Positions 1-9,026 of a DNA stretch of 64,000 nt are shown here, piece after piece. This DNA is from Eubacteriales bacterium (lineage in GTDB: Bacteria > Bacillota > Clostridia > Oscillospirales > QAKW01). Each line of letters begins with the position of its first letter. Position 1 is the stretch's first letter. The notes under the pieces were generated by a model that was not told the DNA's origin, did not search any database, and saw only the letters and a list, made by a program, of their open reading frames with translations. Position numbers and translations under genes: made by a program. The stretch is taken from the NCBI GenBank assembly GCA_045657265.1, contig JAZOSU010000035.1:66777-130776 (forward strand). The letters run 5' to 3'.

Positions 1-1
1 A

Positions 2-481
2 CCTGCTAAAGAGACAGAAAACGGCGGTGAACAGAAATTTGAAAAAGATATAAAGGTTCTTTGGATATATACCACCTTGTTTTGTTTGTTTGCGCTTGTG
101 CTTATAATCATTTCATCGGTAATTCAGGGCAAAATCCACTCTGACGAAGAATACTATCAGGACCTTTACGAAGGAGAAAAGGCAAGTTCACAGTCAACAA
201 TACAGAATATTCAGACTGAAAATGCCGCTCTTAAATCAGCTCTTGAACAATATAAAAAAGAGAATGAGAATTTAGTAAATAAAAATAGTGCTGACGAGCT
301 GGTTATAAACAGCGCCGCAGCAATAATAGAAAACGGAGAATATCTGCTAACGGCACAGGCAGAAGCCTATTCGGGCAGTGTGAAAAAAGCCCGTGAAGCC
401 CTTGCGCTTGTGGATGAGAGCGCACTTACAGAGCAGATGAGCGAAGTTTATGACAAACTTTGCAAAAGACTCGGCGTATGA
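2..481 (+). CDS. membrane-anchored coiled-coil protein, 5'-partial (frame open from the window edge)
   Basis: Frame 2 has no stop from nt 2 to TGA 479-481. Hydrophobic span [18 protein letters not shown] is followed by the coiled-coil-like [19 protein letters not shown]. The track start at 77 is only a TTG. Confidence 0.5.
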   Translation, partial: PAKETENGGEQKFEKDIKVLWIYTTLFCLFALVLIIISSVIQGKIHSDEEYYQDLYEGEKASSQSTIQNIQTENAALKSALEQYKKENENLVNKNSADELVINSAAAIIENGEYLLTAQAEAYSGSVKKAREALALVDESALTEQMSEVYDKLCKRLGV

Positions 482-927
482 AAAAAGTAACTATTTATTC
501 CGACGGAGCCTGTAGCGGTAACCCCGGCCCCGGCGGATTTGGTACCATATTGGTGTTTGAGGGCAGGGAAAAGTGCATAAGTAAAGGTTTTCCCGATACC
601 ACAAACAACAGAATGGAGCTTTTGGGCGCAATAGAAGGACTTGAAGCTCTTAATCAACCTTGCGAGGTAACTATTGTAAGCGATTCTAAGTATCTTTGTG
701 ATGCCATTAATCAGGGTTGGCTTGAAAATTGGAAAATGCGCGGTTGGAAAAAAGCTGACAAAAAACCGGTGCTTAATCCTGAACTATGGCACAGACTTGA
801 CAGTCTTTTATCGGTGCATAAGGTGACTTTTGAATGGGTCAAAGGACATGACGGACACGAATACAACGAACGCTGTGATAAAATGGCAGTAAACGAATAT
901 CAGAAGTTTTTGAAAGGAAGTAAATAA
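478..927 (+). CDS. rnhA: ribonuclease HI
   Basis: [22 protein letters not shown]...TNNRMEL...SDSKY...[15 protein letters not shown] matches the RNase H type 1 D-E-D-D pattern. ATG 478 overlaps the upstream stop (ATGA); the track start at 460 is a TTG. Confidence 0.9.
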   Translation: MKKVTIYSDGACSGNPGPGGFGTILVFEGREKCISKGFPDTTNNRMELLGAIEGLEALNQPCEVTIVSDSKYLCDAINQGWLENWKMRGWKKADKKPVLNPELWHRLDSLLSVHKVTFEWVKGHDGHEYNERCDKMAVNEYQKFLKGSK

Positions 928-928
928 A

Positions 929-2098
929 TTGGAAAAGAAATTTGTCTATGCAGATAACGCGGCGACAACAAGAGTGAGACCTGAAGTACTGGCTAAAATG
1001 ATTCCGTACTTCACAGAATATTACGGAAATCCATCGAGCCTTTATTCAGTAGGCAGACAAACCGCCGTTGCTGTAGACAAGGCAAGGGAAGAGGTTGCAA
1101 ATGCTCTTGGTTGCAAAGCTCAGGAAATAATATTCACATCAGGCGGAAGTGAAAGTGATAATATGGCTATCCGCGGTATCGCCGCCAAAAAAGGTAGCGG
1201 TCATATAATTACAACCAAAATAGAACATCACGCAGTTTTGCATACAGTACAGGACCTTGAAAAACAAGGTTTTGAGGCTACTTATCTTGACGTAGATGCA
1301 CAGGGCCTTATTTCTCTTGATCAGCTTAAAGACGCTATCAGAGAAGATACCATTCTTATTACCGTGATGTTTGCCAATAATGAAATAGGCACAATTCAGC
1401 CTATAAAAGAAATAGGCGAAATTGCAAAAGAACATAATATACCTTTCCATACCGATGCGGTACAGGCAGTAGGGCACGTTCATATAAACGTTGCGGAAAT
1501 GAATATTGATATGCTTTCTCTGTCTGCTCATAAATTCGGCGGACCGAAAGGCACAGGCGTTCTTTACGTAAGACGCGGTCTTGCTCCCAAAACCCTTATA
1601 ACAGGCGGCGGACAGGAGCGCGGTAAAAGAGCAGGTACCGAAAATATCGCGGGAATTTTAGGTTGTGCGGAAGCTCTCAGACTTGCAAGTGCTGAAATTG
1701 ACAGTGAAACTGAAAAACTCACTAAAATGAGAGACCGACTTATAGACGGAATTCTTTCAACCATTCCATATACAAGACTTAACGGCTCAAGAGAAAAAAG
1801 ACTTGCATCAAACGTTAACATATCGGTAGAATATATCGAGGGCGAAAGCCTTATACTTATGCTTGATATGTTCGGTATATGCGCATCATCAGGCTCTGCA
1901 TGTACTACAGGTTCGCTTGACCCGTCACACGTTTTACTTGCTCTGGGACTTACTCACGAGGTAGCGCACGGTTCCCTCAGACTCTCTCTCGGTCACGACA
2001 CCACAGATGCAGATATAGATTATATTTTGGAAGTTTTGCCGAAAGTTGTAGACAGACTTCGTGCAATGTCTCCTGTTTGGGACAGAAAGGATAAATAA
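929..2098 (+). CDS. nifS: cysteine desulfurase, NifS type
   Basis: PLP-lysine motif [12 protein letters not shown] and active-site loop SSGSACTTG; class V aminotransferase length (389 aa); followed by nifU. Confidence 0.9.
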   Translation: MEKKFVYADNAATTRVRPEVLAKMIPYFTEYYGNPSSLYSVGRQTAVAVDKAREEVANALGCKAQEIIFTSGGSESDNMAIRGIAAKKGSGHIITTKIEHHAVLHTVQDLEKQGFEATYLDVDAQGLISLDQLKDAIREDTILITVMFANNEIGTIQPIKEIGEIAKEHNIPFHTDAVQAVGHVHINVAEMNIDMLSLSAHKFGGPKGTGVLYVRRGLAPKTLITGGGQERGKRAGTENIAGILGCAEALRLASAEIDSETEKLTKMRDRLIDGILSTIPYTRLNGSREKRLASNVNISVEYIEGESLILMLDMFGICASSGSACTTGSLDPSHVLLALGLTHEVAHGSLRLSLGHDTTDADIDYILEVLPKVVDRLRAMSPVWDRKDK

Positions 2099-2523
2099 TG
2101 TACAGCGAAAAAGTAATGGACCATTTTGCAAACCCAAGAAACGTGGGTGAAATAGAAAACGCAGACGGCGTAGGCGAGGTAGGCAACGCAAAATGCGGAG
2201 ATATTATGAGAATATATCTCAAAATAGACGATAACAAAATTACAGACGTCAAATTCAAAACTTTCGGTTGCGGCGCGGCTATTGCCACTTCTTCAATGGC
2301 AACCGAACTCATAAAAGGAAAAAGCGTTGAAGATGCTCTCGAGCTTACAAACAAAGCGGTTGTTGAAGCTCTTGACGGTCTTCCGCCCGTAAAACTTCAT
2401 TGCTCAGTTCTTGCAGAAGAAGCTGTAAAAGCTGCAATAAAAGATTACTACGACAAAAACGGTATCCAGCATAATATTGACATCGGAGGATGCTCCGGCT
2501 GTTGCGGCAGTTGTGAAGCATAA
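2098..2523 (+). CDS. nifU: Fe-S cluster assembly scaffold, IscU/NifU N-terminal type
   Basis: Three conserved Cys in GNAKCGD, KTFGCGAAIA and KLHCS; the start overlaps the nifS stop. Confidence 0.9.
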   Translation: MYSEKVMDHFANPRNVGEIENADGVGEVGNAKCGDIMRIYLKIDDNKITDVKFKTFGCGAAIATSSMATELIKGKSVEDALELTNKAVVEALDGLPPVKLHCSVLAEEAVKAAIKDYYDKNGIQHNIDIGGCSGCCGSCEA

Positions 2524-2528
2524 CGCTT

Positions 2529-3887
2529 ATGAAACGTTTAATTTCAATTATTCTTACTCTTGTTATTGTTTTATCTCTCTTTGCATGCGCTCCCGATAAC
2601 GTTATAGCTCCCGATACGGAGCCTGAGACTGAAAATACTCAGACAGATGCGCCTGTAAAACAAGAAAACGAAACAGAAAAAGAACCTGAACAGACACCTG
2701 AAAAAGAATCTGTTAAAAAAGAAAAAAATAAAGATATTATGCCGACTTTGGACATAGATACTCTTGACTACGTAACTCTTAAAACAAAAGACCTTAAAGA
2801 CAGTTATCTTACTTTCTTTGTAGGAGACAGTTCATTTTCGGCAGGTGATATGACCGAGAGTGAGTGGATTAAGGAAATATCCAAAAAATTCGGTTTTGCC
2901 GTAGATATGAAAATCACTGCTGACAGCAGACTTTACTCATCACAGCTTATTGCTCAGAAATCGGGTATAAATCTTGACCTTATCTTTGCAAAACTTGATG
3001 ATTTTGTATCTTCTGCTTCTCTTATGCAGAATATTGACAGTTTTGTGGAATCAACAGATTCTTCACCTTTTTCATCACGTATATTCGACCTTTCGGGAAA
3101 AAAACTTCTTTCAGGTAAAGGTAACGCTAAAACTCTTTGGTATAACAAAGCCATAATCAAAGAATCTCCTGCGACTGACTGGACTTTTGACGATTTCAAA
3201 AAATTGTCAGAAACTTCAAAAAACGCAGGCTGTGACCTTCTTGAAACAAACAGTTTCGTTGAGTTTTTCTCTTGCGGAAATGAGCAGATTACAGGATATG
3301 ATGCCGAAAACGGTTATATTATGAAAGCTCAGGACAAAGGGGCAAGAGATATCCTTGCAGAGTTTGCATCTCTTACGCAAAGCGAGCAGTCGGAAAGCGA
3401 AAAAACCAAAAAGTTTATTAAAGAAAACGTAGCATTTATTTACACTGACACTCCTTACAGAAGAAATAATATGCAAATCGGTTGGGCTCCTCTTCCCTCC
3501 TATGGCGAGGATGGTACCAACGTTATGGCTCTTTGCGGTGCAGGACTCGGTCTTTCAAATACCATTCCGGAAAAAAACAAAGATGCGGCAATAACCTTTG
3601 CTATGCTCTGGTGCGCAAGATATTCAGAAAGCCGTGAAGATACACTTATGTTTGATCTCGGTCTTTCAAAGGCAGACTGCGAGCAGTATATAGCTCTTTG
3701 TGAGCAGACAGGCGGTATTTACGCAGCCGACAGACAGATTAATACTTTTTTTGACGGCAAAAACGGTATTTTGCCCATGTATTATGCAGACGATCCCTAT
3801 AATGGTGTTGAACCTGAACTCAGTTCGATAATGTACCCTGTTCCTCTTGCATACGACAGGGCAGAGCTTATTAATTCAAGATATTGA
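2529..3887 (+). CDS. lipoprotein, extracellular solute-binding-protein-like
   Basis: Signal peptide with lipobox LSLFAC; E/K/P/T-rich linker. The C-terminal part (GWAPLPSYGEDG...GLGLSNTIPEKNKDAAITFAMLW) resembles family 1 ABC substrate-binding proteins. No permease genes are adjacent. Confidence 0.55.
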   Translation: MKRLISIILTLVIVLSLFACAPDNVIAPDTEPETENTQTDAPVKQENETEKEPEQTPEKESVKKEKNKDIMPTLDIDTLDYVTLKTKDLKDSYLTFFVGDSSFSAGDMTESEWIKEISKKFGFAVDMKITADSRLYSSQLIAQKSGINLDLIFAKLDDFVSSASLMQNIDSFVESTDSSPFSSRIFDLSGKKLLSGKGNAKTLWYNKAIIKESPATDWTFDDFKKLSETSKNAGCDLLETNSFVEFFSCGNEQITGYDAENGYIMKAQDKGARDILAEFASLTQSEQSESEKTKKFIKENVAFIYTDTPYRRNNMQIGWAPLPSYGEDGTNVMALCGAGLGLSNTIPEKNKDAAITFAMLWCARYSESREDTLMFDLGLSKADCEQYIALCEQTGGIYAADRQINTFFDGKNGILPMYYADDPYNGVEPELSSIMYPVPLAYDRAELINSRY

Positions 3888-4657
3888 TGAAACTTATTTG
3901 TATAGGTGACATAGTTTCCAGAGAAGGCGCAGAGTATCTGCAAGAGAAGCTTCCGATGCTTCGCAGACAGTATAAACCCGATGCAGTTATTGTAAACGGT
4001 GAAAACTCTGCCCTTGGAAACGGCATAGACAAAGTTTCTTACGATATGATAATGGAAGCGGGAGCAGACGTTGTCACAGGGGGTAACCATTCCTTTCAGA
4101 AAAAGAATGCGCAGGATATTCATGACGACTGCAAACGGCTTTTATGCCCTGCAAACGTACCTGAATATACAGGATGCGGTGAAACTGTGCTTGATATGGG
4201 CAGATTTTCCCTTCGGGTTATAAATCTCTCGGGCAGTCTTTTTATGAAAGAATGTGAAAATCCCTTTGAATATATGCAAAAGGCCTTAGAACGCGAAAAA
4301 AACGCTGTTACAGTAGTGGATTTTCACGCTGAAGCAACGGGAGAAAAACGGGCAATGGGATTTATGCTTGACGGTAAGGTATCTCTTGTTGTGGGAACCC
4401 ATACCCATGTTCAGACAAATGACGCTCAGATTCTGCCAAATGGCACGGGATATATAACCGACCTTGGAATGACAGGTGTTAAAAATTCTGTTATCGGCAA
4501 AGATGTTGACGTTTGTATTCATAATTTTCTCACACCCGATGACAGACTGCCTGTAAAAGACGGAAAAGGAAACTGTATTCTTTGCGGAATTTACGCAGAA
4601 ATTGACACTGCAACAAAAAAATGTACAAAGCTTGAAATTATCAATATTGACAACTGA
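3884..4657 (+). CDS. ymdB: YmdB-family metallophosphoesterase (2',3'-cyclic-nucleotide phosphodiesterase-like)
   Basis: Calcineurin-like motifs CIGDIVSREG, VNGENSA, GGNH and DFHAEATGEK; about 257 aa, as in the TIGR00282 family. Confidence 0.8.
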   Translation: MMKLICIGDIVSREGAEYLQEKLPMLRRQYKPDAVIVNGENSALGNGIDKVSYDMIMEAGADVVTGGNHSFQKKNAQDIHDDCKRLLCPANVPEYTGCGETVLDMGRFSLRVINLSGSLFMKECENPFEYMQKALEREKNAVTVVDFHAEATGEKRAMGFMLDGKVSLVVGTHTHVQTNDAQILPNGTGYITDLGMTGVKNSVIGKDVDVCIHNFLTPDDRLPVKDGKGNCILCGIYAEIDTATKKCTKLEIINIDN

Positions 4658-4675
4658 TAAAAACTGTGTTAATAT
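4647..4675 (+). promoter_or_regulatory. candidate sigma-A promoter for tRNA-Leu
   Basis: TTGACA (4647-4652), 17-nt spacer, TAATAT (4670-4675), about 18 nt upstream of the tRNA 5' end. Confidence 0.35.
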
Positions 4676-4692
4676 AATTAGCAGTCAAATTA

Positions 4693-4779
4693 GCTGGTGT
4701 GGCGGAACTGGCAGACGCCCGGGACTTAAAATCCCGTGGTAGCAATACCGTACCGGTTCGATTCCGGTCACCAGCACCA
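4693..4779 (+). tRNA. tRNA-Leu, anticodon UAA, long variable arm, CCA encoded
   Basis: Cloverleaf read by eye. Acceptor GCTGGTG/CACCAGC; anticodon stem CGGGA/TCCCG with loop CTTAAAA; variable arm TGGTAGCAATACCGTA; T arm ACCGG-TTCGATT-CCGGT; 3' ACCA. Confidence 0.9.
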
Positions 4780-4784
4780 AAAAG

Positions 4785-4816
4785 AAAAACAGGTCATCTG
4801 ACCTGTTTTTCTTTTT
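4785..4816 (+). terminator. rho-independent terminator after tRNA-Leu
   Basis: AAAAACAGGT-catctg-ACCTGTTTTT followed by a T run. Confidence 0.8.
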
Positions 4817-4909
4817 GTGTTTGTGTCCTTTGGACGCAACATCGTTTTGCAACTTCTGTTGCAAACATCATTGTCCGATATAGGACACAAAACGAGGTTG
4901 CCTGTGGCA

Positions 4910-5065
4910 ATGAAAGAAGATAAACTTTCAGATTTATCTATGCAACTGTCAGTTGATGTTTTGAAATTGATAAAACAACTTCGCAGTAAACACGAAACTA
5001 TAATTTCTAATCAGCTTGGCAGAAGTGCTACAAGCGTATGTGCCAATATTGCAGAAAGTAAATAC
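4910..5065 (+). pseudogene. 5' fragment of a four-helix-bundle (23S rRNA IVS protein / Avd-like) gene
   Basis: MKEDKLSDLSMQLSVDVLKLIKQLRSKHETIISNQLGRSATSVCANIAESKY matches the first two helices of the family. Similarity ends after AESKY, and the frame then runs into unrelated sequence. Confidence 0.55.
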
Positions 5066-5073
5066 ATAACACA

Positions 5074-5365
5074 GGAGGAAAAGCAATACTTGCTCATCTT
5101 TACGTGTACTCAAAATCGGTTGCCGAAAGCCTTGATGATATTGTTCAAAACCATAATCTTGACGGAATTGAGATGACCTATCCTATCTTCACAAAAAAGC
5201 AGTCCGACTTTCTTTTTGACTATGCAAAAAAATATAATCTGCTTGTATCAGGCTTTTCATGGTCTTGATATAAAACCTGACAACCTTTTAGCTAAAGGTA
5301 CAGATAATAAACCTATTAAAATTAATGATGTAAAAACTTTGACAGACAGTGTAAATAAATTTTAA
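5074..5365 (+). pseudogene. 3' remnant of a PHP-domain phosphoesterase gene, frameshifted
   Basis: GGKAILAHLYVYSKSVAESLDDIVQNHNLDGIEMTYP...AKKYNLLVSG resembles PHP C-termini. The expected GGSDFHG is broken: the frame stops at 5266-5268, and FHGLDIKPDNLL... continues in another frame to TAA 5363-5365. There is no 5' part. Confidence 0.5.
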
Positions 5366-5391
5366 AAACGCCGAAAATTCGGCGTTTTTTA
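5364..5391. terminator. bidirectional hairpin terminator
   Basis: AAAAACGCCGAA-aa-TTCGGCGTTTTTT, with an A run upstream and a T run downstream. It lies downstream of the minus-strand amidase gene. Confidence 0.7.
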
Positions 5392-5420
5392 TTTACTTTT
5401 TGTATAATTAATATGATTTA

Positions 5421-5984
5421 TTACTCTATGTCAAAGAAATCAAGTATTCCTTGGTAAATTGCATAGGCAAAAGCGTACCTTGAATCACGAAGTAAAACGG
5501 CGTCGTTTTCATTTGTTATAAATGCAAGTTCAATTAAAATTGCAGGCATATCCGTTCTGCGAAGAACGTACAGCGACGGGTTTTCTTTTACTCCCAAATC
5601 TTTAGTTCCAAGTCTTTCGGTAATTTCTTCAAGAATATCTTCGGCAAGTCCGAAAGCTCTTGACTGTCTGTTGTAAACATAAACCTCAGAACCGTTAGCC
5701 GATGGGTTTTCGGAAGCATTTGTGTGAATACTTATAAACCACTGTGCGCCCCACTCGTTTGCCATATTAACTCTCTGGGAAAGACTTGTAGAGTTTGACG
5801 TGCCGAGAGAGGTTTCGGGAGTAGGTCTTGACAGCATTGTTTCAAAATTACCGTTTTCGTTTAAAAGCTCTGCAAGATAGATTCCCACGTCGTAGTTGAT
5901 ATCCTGTTCCCGAAGTCCGTTGCCTTCCGCACCTGCGTTTACACCCTCGGGGTTATGTCCCTGATCAATAAATATTTTTATCAT
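5421..5984 (-). CDS. N-acetylmuramoyl-L-alanine amidase (Amidase_3 family, CwlD-like)
   Basis: IFIDQGHN..., ISIHTNA, and the PAILIELAFITN pattern of MurNAc-LAA. ATG 5984 has the better RBS (AGAAGGG, 6-nt spacing); the track start at 6005 is the alternative. Confidence 0.85.
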   Translation of the reverse strand: MIKIFIDQGHNPEGVNAGAEGNGLREQDINYDVGIYLAELLNENGNFETMLSRPTPETSLGTSNSTSLSQRVNMANEWGAQWFISIHTNASENPSANGSEVYVYNRQSRAFGLAEDILEEITERLGTKDLGVKENPSLYVLRRTDMPAILIELAFITNENDAVLLRDSRYAFAYAIYQGILDFFDIE

Positions 5985-6031
5985 ATGATACCCTTCTTTC
6001 TTCATACTATTTTATGAGGAGAGTGACATTA

Positions 6032-7159
6032 ATGTTAATACACACAGTCGAAAAAGGAGATACTCTTTACGAGATAGGCAAAAAATACGGAGTTACAATA
6101 GAACAGCTTATAAATGCAAACGGAAATACTGTACTGCCGACTCTGATAATAGGACAGTCGGTTATCGTACCAACTCCCACCGAAAAAATAGGGGAGATTA
6201 TAACAAACGGATATGCATATCCAAATATTGAAAGAGGTACTCTTGACAGTTTTCTGCCCTATCTATCGCTAATTACCCCTTTTTCCTACGGTATAGCACA
6301 AGACGGAACGCTTATACCACTTGATGACAGTTTGCTGATAACAACAGCTCAAAACGCAGGTGTAAGACCGCTTCTTTTAATTACCACGCTGACAGAAACA
6401 GGTAATTTCAGTTCAGAAAGAGCCGCCGAAGTTTTATCGGAGAGTACTTTATCAGATACCATTATTCAGAACATAATAAACAAACTTGAAACTCAGGATT
6501 ATTATGGGGTAGATATAGATTTTGAGTATATTCCGCCTCAGTATGAACAAAATTATTCTGATTTCATTAAAAATCTTAAAAGTAAACTTGAGCCTCTTGG
6601 GTATAAAGTTTTCGTATCGGTTGCTCCTAAAACGTCAGCTATGCAAAAAGGTCTTTTATATGAAGCCCACAACTATACAAATTTAGGTAATGCGGCAGAT
6701 TACGTGCTTGTTATGACTTACGAATGGGGATATACATACGGTCCGCCCATGGCAGTTGCACCAATTGACAAGGTAAGAGAAGTTCTGCAGTATGCAACAT
6801 CGGAAATACCTGCAGATAAAGTGCTTATGGGAATACCTAATTACGCATATGACTGGACTCTGCCTTTTGTTATGGGAAGCTCGGCTAAATCAATGTCAAA
6901 TAATCAGGCAATAGAACTTGCAAGAAACGTCGGTGCGGAAATCAAATTTGACAGCAGGGCACAGACACCATACTATAACTACTACGACCAAAGCGGTAAA
7001 CAACACGAGGTATGGTTTGAAGATGCAAGAAGTATCTATGCAAAACTGATGCTTTTAAATGAGCTTGGACTTGCAGGATATTCTATCTGGAATCTGATGT
7101 CCTTCTATAAACCTATAACATCCATCACAAATATGTTGTTTGATATAAAAAAGCTCTGA
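6032..7159 (+). CDS. yaaH: LysM + GH18 spore peptidoglycan hydrolase (YaaH/SleL-like)
   Basis: N-terminal LysM (HTVEKGDTLYEIGKKYGVTIEQLINANG) and GH18 catalytic DIDFEY. ATG 6032 is preceded by GAGGAGAG; the alternative start is 6014. Confidence 0.8.
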   Translation: MLIHTVEKGDTLYEIGKKYGVTIEQLINANGNTVLPTLIIGQSVIVPTPTEKIGEIITNGYAYPNIERGTLDSFLPYLSLITPFSYGIAQDGTLIPLDDSLLITTAQNAGVRPLLLITTLTETGNFSSERAAEVLSESTLSDTIIQNIINKLETQDYYGVDIDFEYIPPQYEQNYSDFIKNLKSKLEPLGYKVFVSVAPKTSAMQKGLLYEAHNYTNLGNAADYVLVMTYEWGYTYGPPMAVAPIDKVREVLQYATSEIPADKVLMGIPNYAYDWTLPFVMGSSAKSMSNNQAIELARNVGAEIKFDSRAQTPYYNYYDQSGKQHEVWFEDARSIYAKLMLLNELGLAGYSIWNLMSFYKPITSITNMLFDIKKL

Positions 7160-7178
7160 TTTTTCAGAGCTTTTTTTG
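7148..7178 (+). terminator. rho-independent terminator (the stop codon lies in the left arm)
   Basis: AAAAAGCTCTGA-tttt-TCAGAGCTTTTTTT. Confidence 0.8.
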
Positions 7179-7180
7179 TA

Positions 7181-7290
7181 TGTTTTGTTCGGTATTTTAA
7201 AGAATCTGTACGCTTTGTTCGGAAATAAATGAAATTTGATCGTTTTGTTCGCCGATTTTTGAAATTTGACCGCTTTGTTCGGAATTGGGT
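7181..7290. repeat. four direct repeats with an exact 30-bp period (iteron-like), upstream of dnaA
   Basis: The core TTTGTTCG ends at 7191, 7221, 7251 and 7281. The unit is approximately G-(T/A)-N-CG-Y-TTTGTTCG-N-N-(A/T rich)-GAAATTT. Confidence 0.8.
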
Positions 7291-7334
7291 GTTACAATAA
7301 AATTAAAGGACAGCAAGAGGCCTCGCTATCCGTC

Positions 7335-7377
7335 TTATATATATTTAAAGTAATATATATAATATAATATTATTATT
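7335..7377. other. almost pure A/T tract, candidate DNA-unwinding element and dnaA promoter region
   Basis: ttatatatatttaaagtaatatatataatataatattattatt, lying between the iterons and the dnaA RBS. Confidence 0.3.
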
Positions 7378-7441
7378 GAAAAATAAAAAAGGATGTGATA
7401 TAATTCATATGTATAATTATCAAAAGGAGAAAAAAACAGAT

Positions 7442-8800
7442 ATGGATTCTTTTAAAGAAGTCTGGAACGGCGCCCTTTCTATACTCAAAGACAGAGTAAG
7501 TAACGTCTCCTTTGAAACCTGGATAAAACAGATACAGCCTATGAAATTTGAAAACGATGAGGCTTATCTCTATGCCCAGTCTAATTTTCAAAAGGAGCTT
7601 ATAACAAGTAAATTCAAGCTTGAAATAGAAAATGCACTTTTTGAAGTAATGGGATTTGACGTTCACGTTAATATACTTTCAGAAGAAGACGTAGCACCTA
7701 AAAAACGTGCACATCTTCAGACAGAAGATACCGAAACTATTCCCGAACCGGTAATTGATGAAAAAGATTTCGGTAACTTAAACCTTGAACTTACATTTCA
7801 GAACTTCGTTGTAGGTGACGAAAATAAATTTGCTCACGCAGCTGCACTTGCTGTTGCAAACAATCCTGCAGGAGCATACAACCCATTTTTTATTTACGGC
7901 AAATCAGGTCTTGGAAAAACTCATCTGCTTTGTGCTATTGCAAACGAAATTAAAAAGAATAATCCAAAAGCTACAATAATGCTTGTCAAAGGTGAAGATT
8001 TTACAAACGAGCTTATTTCGGCAATTCAAAGCGGTGAACAGAGTCAGTTTAGAAATAAATATAGATTTGTTGACGTGTTCCTTGTTGACGACGTACAGTT
8101 TATAGGCGGTAAAGTATCAACCGAAACGGAATTTTTCCATACCTTTGAAGCTTTATACGAAGCTAAAAAACAGATTATAGTAACCTCTGACAGACCGCCG
8201 AAAGAAATGGCAACTCTTGAAGACAGATTAAAAACAAGATTTGAGTCAGGACTTATAGCTGATATTCAGCCACCTGAATATGAAACACGTGTCGCAATTG
8301 TAAAAAAGAAAGCTGTCTCACTTCAGCTTGAGCTTTCAGATGACATAGTTGATTACATAGCAACCAAACTTAAAAATAACGTTCGTGAGCTTGAAGGCGC
8401 TGTCAAGAAAATAAAAGCATATTCACTTATTTTTTATGGACAACCTCTCACAATAGGAATGATACAGAATGTTATACAGTCTGTTATAAAAGAAAACATA
8501 AACGATTCGGTTACACCGAAATCTATCGTTGAACACGTTTCAAAGTATTACAACATCACAAAAGAAGATATATACAGTGACAAAAGAAGGGCTGATATAC
8601 TCAGCGCTCGTCAGATAGCGATGTATCTTACCCGTGAGATGACAGATATTTCACTTTCTCTTATAGGTGACGAGTTTGGCGGTAAAAATCATTCAACTGT
8701 ACTTCATTCTATAAGAAAAGTTGAATCAAGGGTAGAAACTGATCCAAAATTTGCACAGACAATGTCAGAAATGATAGAAAACATCAAGAAAGCTTTTTAA
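7442..8800 (+). CDS. dnaA: chromosomal replication initiator DnaA
   Basis: Walker A GKSGLGKTHL; box VII and sensor regions; C-terminal DNA-binding SARQIAMYLTRE...GGKNHSTVLHS. ATG 7442 follows AAAAGGAGA; the track start at 7376 lies in the AT tract. Confidence 0.95.
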   Translation: MDSFKEVWNGALSILKDRVSNVSFETWIKQIQPMKFENDEAYLYAQSNFQKELITSKFKLEIENALFEVMGFDVHVNILSEEDVAPKKRAHLQTEDTETIPEPVIDEKDFGNLNLELTFQNFVVGDENKFAHAAALAVANNPAGAYNPFFIYGKSGLGKTHLLCAIANEIKKNNPKATIMLVKGEDFTNELISAIQSGEQSQFRNKYRFVDVFLVDDVQFIGGKVSTETEFFHTFEALYEAKKQIIVTSDRPPKEMATLEDRLKTRFESGLIADIQPPEYETRVAIVKKKAVSLQLELSDDIVDYIATKLKNNVRELEGAVKKIKAYSLIFYGQPLTIGMIQNVIQSVIKENINDSVTPKSIVEHVSKYYNITKEDIYSDKRRADILSARQIAMYLTREMTDISLSLIGDEFGGKNHSTVLHSIRKVESRVETDPKFAQTMSEMIENIKKAF

Positions 8801-9026
8801 CAATTTTTTGAACAAGTTTTTATTTTTTATCAACAGTTTCAAATTGTAAAAATTTCCATTTAAATTACCTGTTCAAATCGCACTGTTTTTAAACATAGAT
8901 TTTAAAATTGTTTAAACATACGTTTTAGTTTGTCCCATAAGGGTTTTGAGTACATTTGAACAGAATCAACACTACTACTGCAACTACTTCTTTAACGTAT
9001 AGAATAAAAAAGAAAGGAACTTTGAT
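8801..9026. other. dnaA-dnaN intergenic region, probable part of a bipartite oriC
   Basis: 226 bp, ORF-free and AT-rich. One DnaA-box-like 9-mer TTATCAACA (8827-8835, one mismatch to TTATCCACA). TTGAACA occurs three times (8808, 8870 reverse, 8956). Confidence 0.4.

Noticed and set aside
4699-4923. 74-aa ORF overlapping tRNA-Leu
   Set aside because: It starts inside the tRNA gene and runs through its terminator, so it is an artefact of ORF calling.
7231-7275. CtsR operators inside the iterons (AAATTTGACC is the reverse complement of GGTCAAATTT)
   Set aside because: CtsR needs two GGTCAAA heptads 3 nt apart. Here the related heptads are 30 bp apart, and one reads GATCAAA. The clpC-side copy also lies downstream of clpC, not upstream.
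7181-7290. LexA (Cheo box), Spo0A (TGTCGAA) or parS sites in the iterons
   Set aside because: Only the half-site GTTCG is present, with no CGAAC 4 nt upstream. There is no TGNCGAA match and no TGTTNCACGTGAAACA-like palindrome.
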